Source of the DNA: Microcystis aeruginosa NIES-843
GTDB taxonomy: Bacteria; Cyanobacteriota; Cyanobacteriia; Cyanobacteriales; Microcystaceae
Reading direction: 5' to 3'
Assembly: GCF_000010625.1 (NCBI RefSeq)
Contig: NC_010296.1
Location: forward strand, 2,130,001-2,162,000
DNA length: 32,000 nt
Position numbers and translations under genes: made by a program. Of this stretch, positions 30,831 to 32,000 are shown one piece after another (the stretch's first letter is position 1; each line of letters opens with the position of its first letter). The notes below the pieces were generated by a model that searched no databases, had not been told where the DNA came from, and worked only from the letters and a program-made list of their open reading frames with translations.

Positions 30831-32000
30831 TCACCAGCTGACTTTGCCTTTGAGCTTGCTAATTTTTCCCTGACCGATTCCCGATACTCGATCCAAATCT
30901 TCTAGGGAAGTAAAGGGTTTTTGTTGCCTGGCAGCGATAATTTTTTCGGCTAATTTGCCACTGATACCGGGTAAACTATCTAGTTCTTCTTTGGTGGCGG
31001 TGTTTAAATTAATTAAGCGATCGCTTTTAATTGTTACAGATTGGGGGCAGTTTTTTCTATCCTGTTCGATCCGATTTTTAATAGTTTCCGGCAGTCCTAA
31101 TTTAGCGGTACGGTAAAGATATTGAAATTCTCGATCGAAATGAGCGGCAACGGTGGGATTATCGATAATAACTAAAGCTTCATCGTTTTGATGGTTAGCG
31201 GCTCTTGACCAATTATGAGAACCAGTAATCACAATTTTATCATCGATTAAACCGAATTTATGGTGTAATTTATCTCCCCGGGCTAGATCGGGAACTCCTA
31301 GAGTATTAATTGGGTTTTGCCAAGGCTGATTATCTGGTTCATAACGACATTTATTACTGAGAGCAACTCCTAATAAATCTAATCCTTCGCTATAGTATCG
31401 GAAGGCAAAACTAGGATCAATTAAAGCTTTAATTTCTATCCCTTTTTGATGTCGTCTGGCGAGAATATTAGCTAGAGGCTGTTCCGTAAAGACAAACAGG
31501 GCTAAATCCACGGATTTTTCAGCTTTATTTAAAGTTTCACCGATCAGACCATTGCTAGTAATTGCCCAGGGATAAGCGGTAGAATCGGGGGAAAATTTGA
31601 CCGTCAGACTACTATTACCGATAGGAATTTTTTGCGGTTTTCTTTGGGGTTTATCTAACCCAAATTTAGGCCGATCTTCCCTTCCCCACATCAGATTAAA
31701 TTCTTGTTGAAAAACTCTAGCTAGTGGGGGATTATTAATGACTAATAAGTGATTGGCATTCCCGACAGTTTGGGTATTAGAAAAGTCTCCATGAATATCA
31801 CTTAAGGTATAGTTAGCTGAACTGATTAAAGTAGTGTAATTATCAATAACCATGAATTTATGGTGCATTAAACCGCTACCTTTTGAGCGATCTGCCCTAT
31901 CATCAATTAGGGGAATACCAGCTTTTTTGAGGATAGTAATTGCATCTCTTTGGGCGATTTCCTCCGCACTTAATTTACCATCTCGATTTAGATCAACTAA
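30831..32000 (-). CDS. Phospholipase D-family (two HKD motifs, Nuc-like) protein fused to a C-terminal ComEA-type helix-hairpin-helix; 5' end beyond the window
   Basis: HKD 1 is HHKFMVIDN. HKD 2 is HHKFGLIDDKIVITGSHNWS. The C-terminus is INLNTATKEELDSLPGISGKLAEKII...LDRVSGIGQGKISKL. The frame stays open to nt 32000 (LVDLNRDGKLSAEEIAQRDAITILKKAGIPLIDDRADRSKGSGL-MHHKF), so the Met at 31868 is internal. Confidence 0.88.
   Translation of the reverse strand, partial: LVDLNRDGKLSAEEIAQRDAITILKKAGIPLIDDRADRSKGSGLMHHKFMVIDNYTTLISSANYTLSDIHGDFSNTQTVGNANHLLVINNPPLARVFQQEFNLMWGREDRPKFGLDKPQRKPQKIPIGNSSLTVKFSPDSTAYPWAITSNGLIGETLNKAEKSVDLALFVFTEQPLANILARRHQKGIEIKALIDPSFAFRYYSEGLDLLGVALSNKCRYEPDNQPWQNPINTLGVPDLARGDKLHHKFGLIDDKIVITGSHNWSRAANHQNDEALVIIDNPTVAAHFDREFQYLYRTAKLGLPETIKNRIEQDRKNCPQSVTIKSDRLINLNTATKEELDSLPGISGKLAEKIIAARQQKPFTSLEDLDRVSGIGQGKISKLKGKVSW

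Overview
The window looks like a cyanobacterial chromosomal segment. GCGATCGC (HIP1) palindromes are scattered through the core genes, ycf54 is present, and there are CTGATAA heptamer arrays and G/C-palindrome MITE-like repeats. The style resembles Microcystis, but that is inference only because no search was possible.

Core genes:
- prs (5' partial), lepB, and a 723-aa polytopic Cys-motif membrane protein ending in EF-hands.
- A Mrp/CPA3 cation:proton antiporter operon on the minus strand.
- fbp, a lipoprotein followed by RNase R, and a protein with 15-aa tandem repeats.
- A META/DUF4377-type secreted protein, ybaB/ebfC, pdxJ and ycf54.
- A PLD(2xHKD)-ComEA fusion (5' partial).

AT-rich accessory modules without HIP1 sites are interleaved with these:
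1. 1041-3365: a translationally coupled three-gene cassette (TIGR04255-like protein, Xre/MbcA/ParS-like HTH protein, orphan 290-aa protein). I cannot assign it to any described system, and it is my best candidate for something new.
2. 6882-9657: a nuclease-like SF1 helicase plus a 223-aa partner, possibly of the helicase+DUF2290 type.
3. 17573-18704: a vapBC cassette captured between two ~210-bp direct copies of the mrp leader/promoter.
4. 19422-21457: a Septu-like ptuA/ptuB pair with a 31-bp tandem duplication at the gene junction.

The mrp operon itself is structurally unusual. An exact 1954-bp mrpC-mrpD unit is tandemly repeated, the three mrpD paralogues are mosaically homogenised, and each unit carries its own promoter-like core.

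No rRNA, tRNA or CRISPR array was found. All family assignments come from motif recognition by eye and need HMM or structure confirmation.
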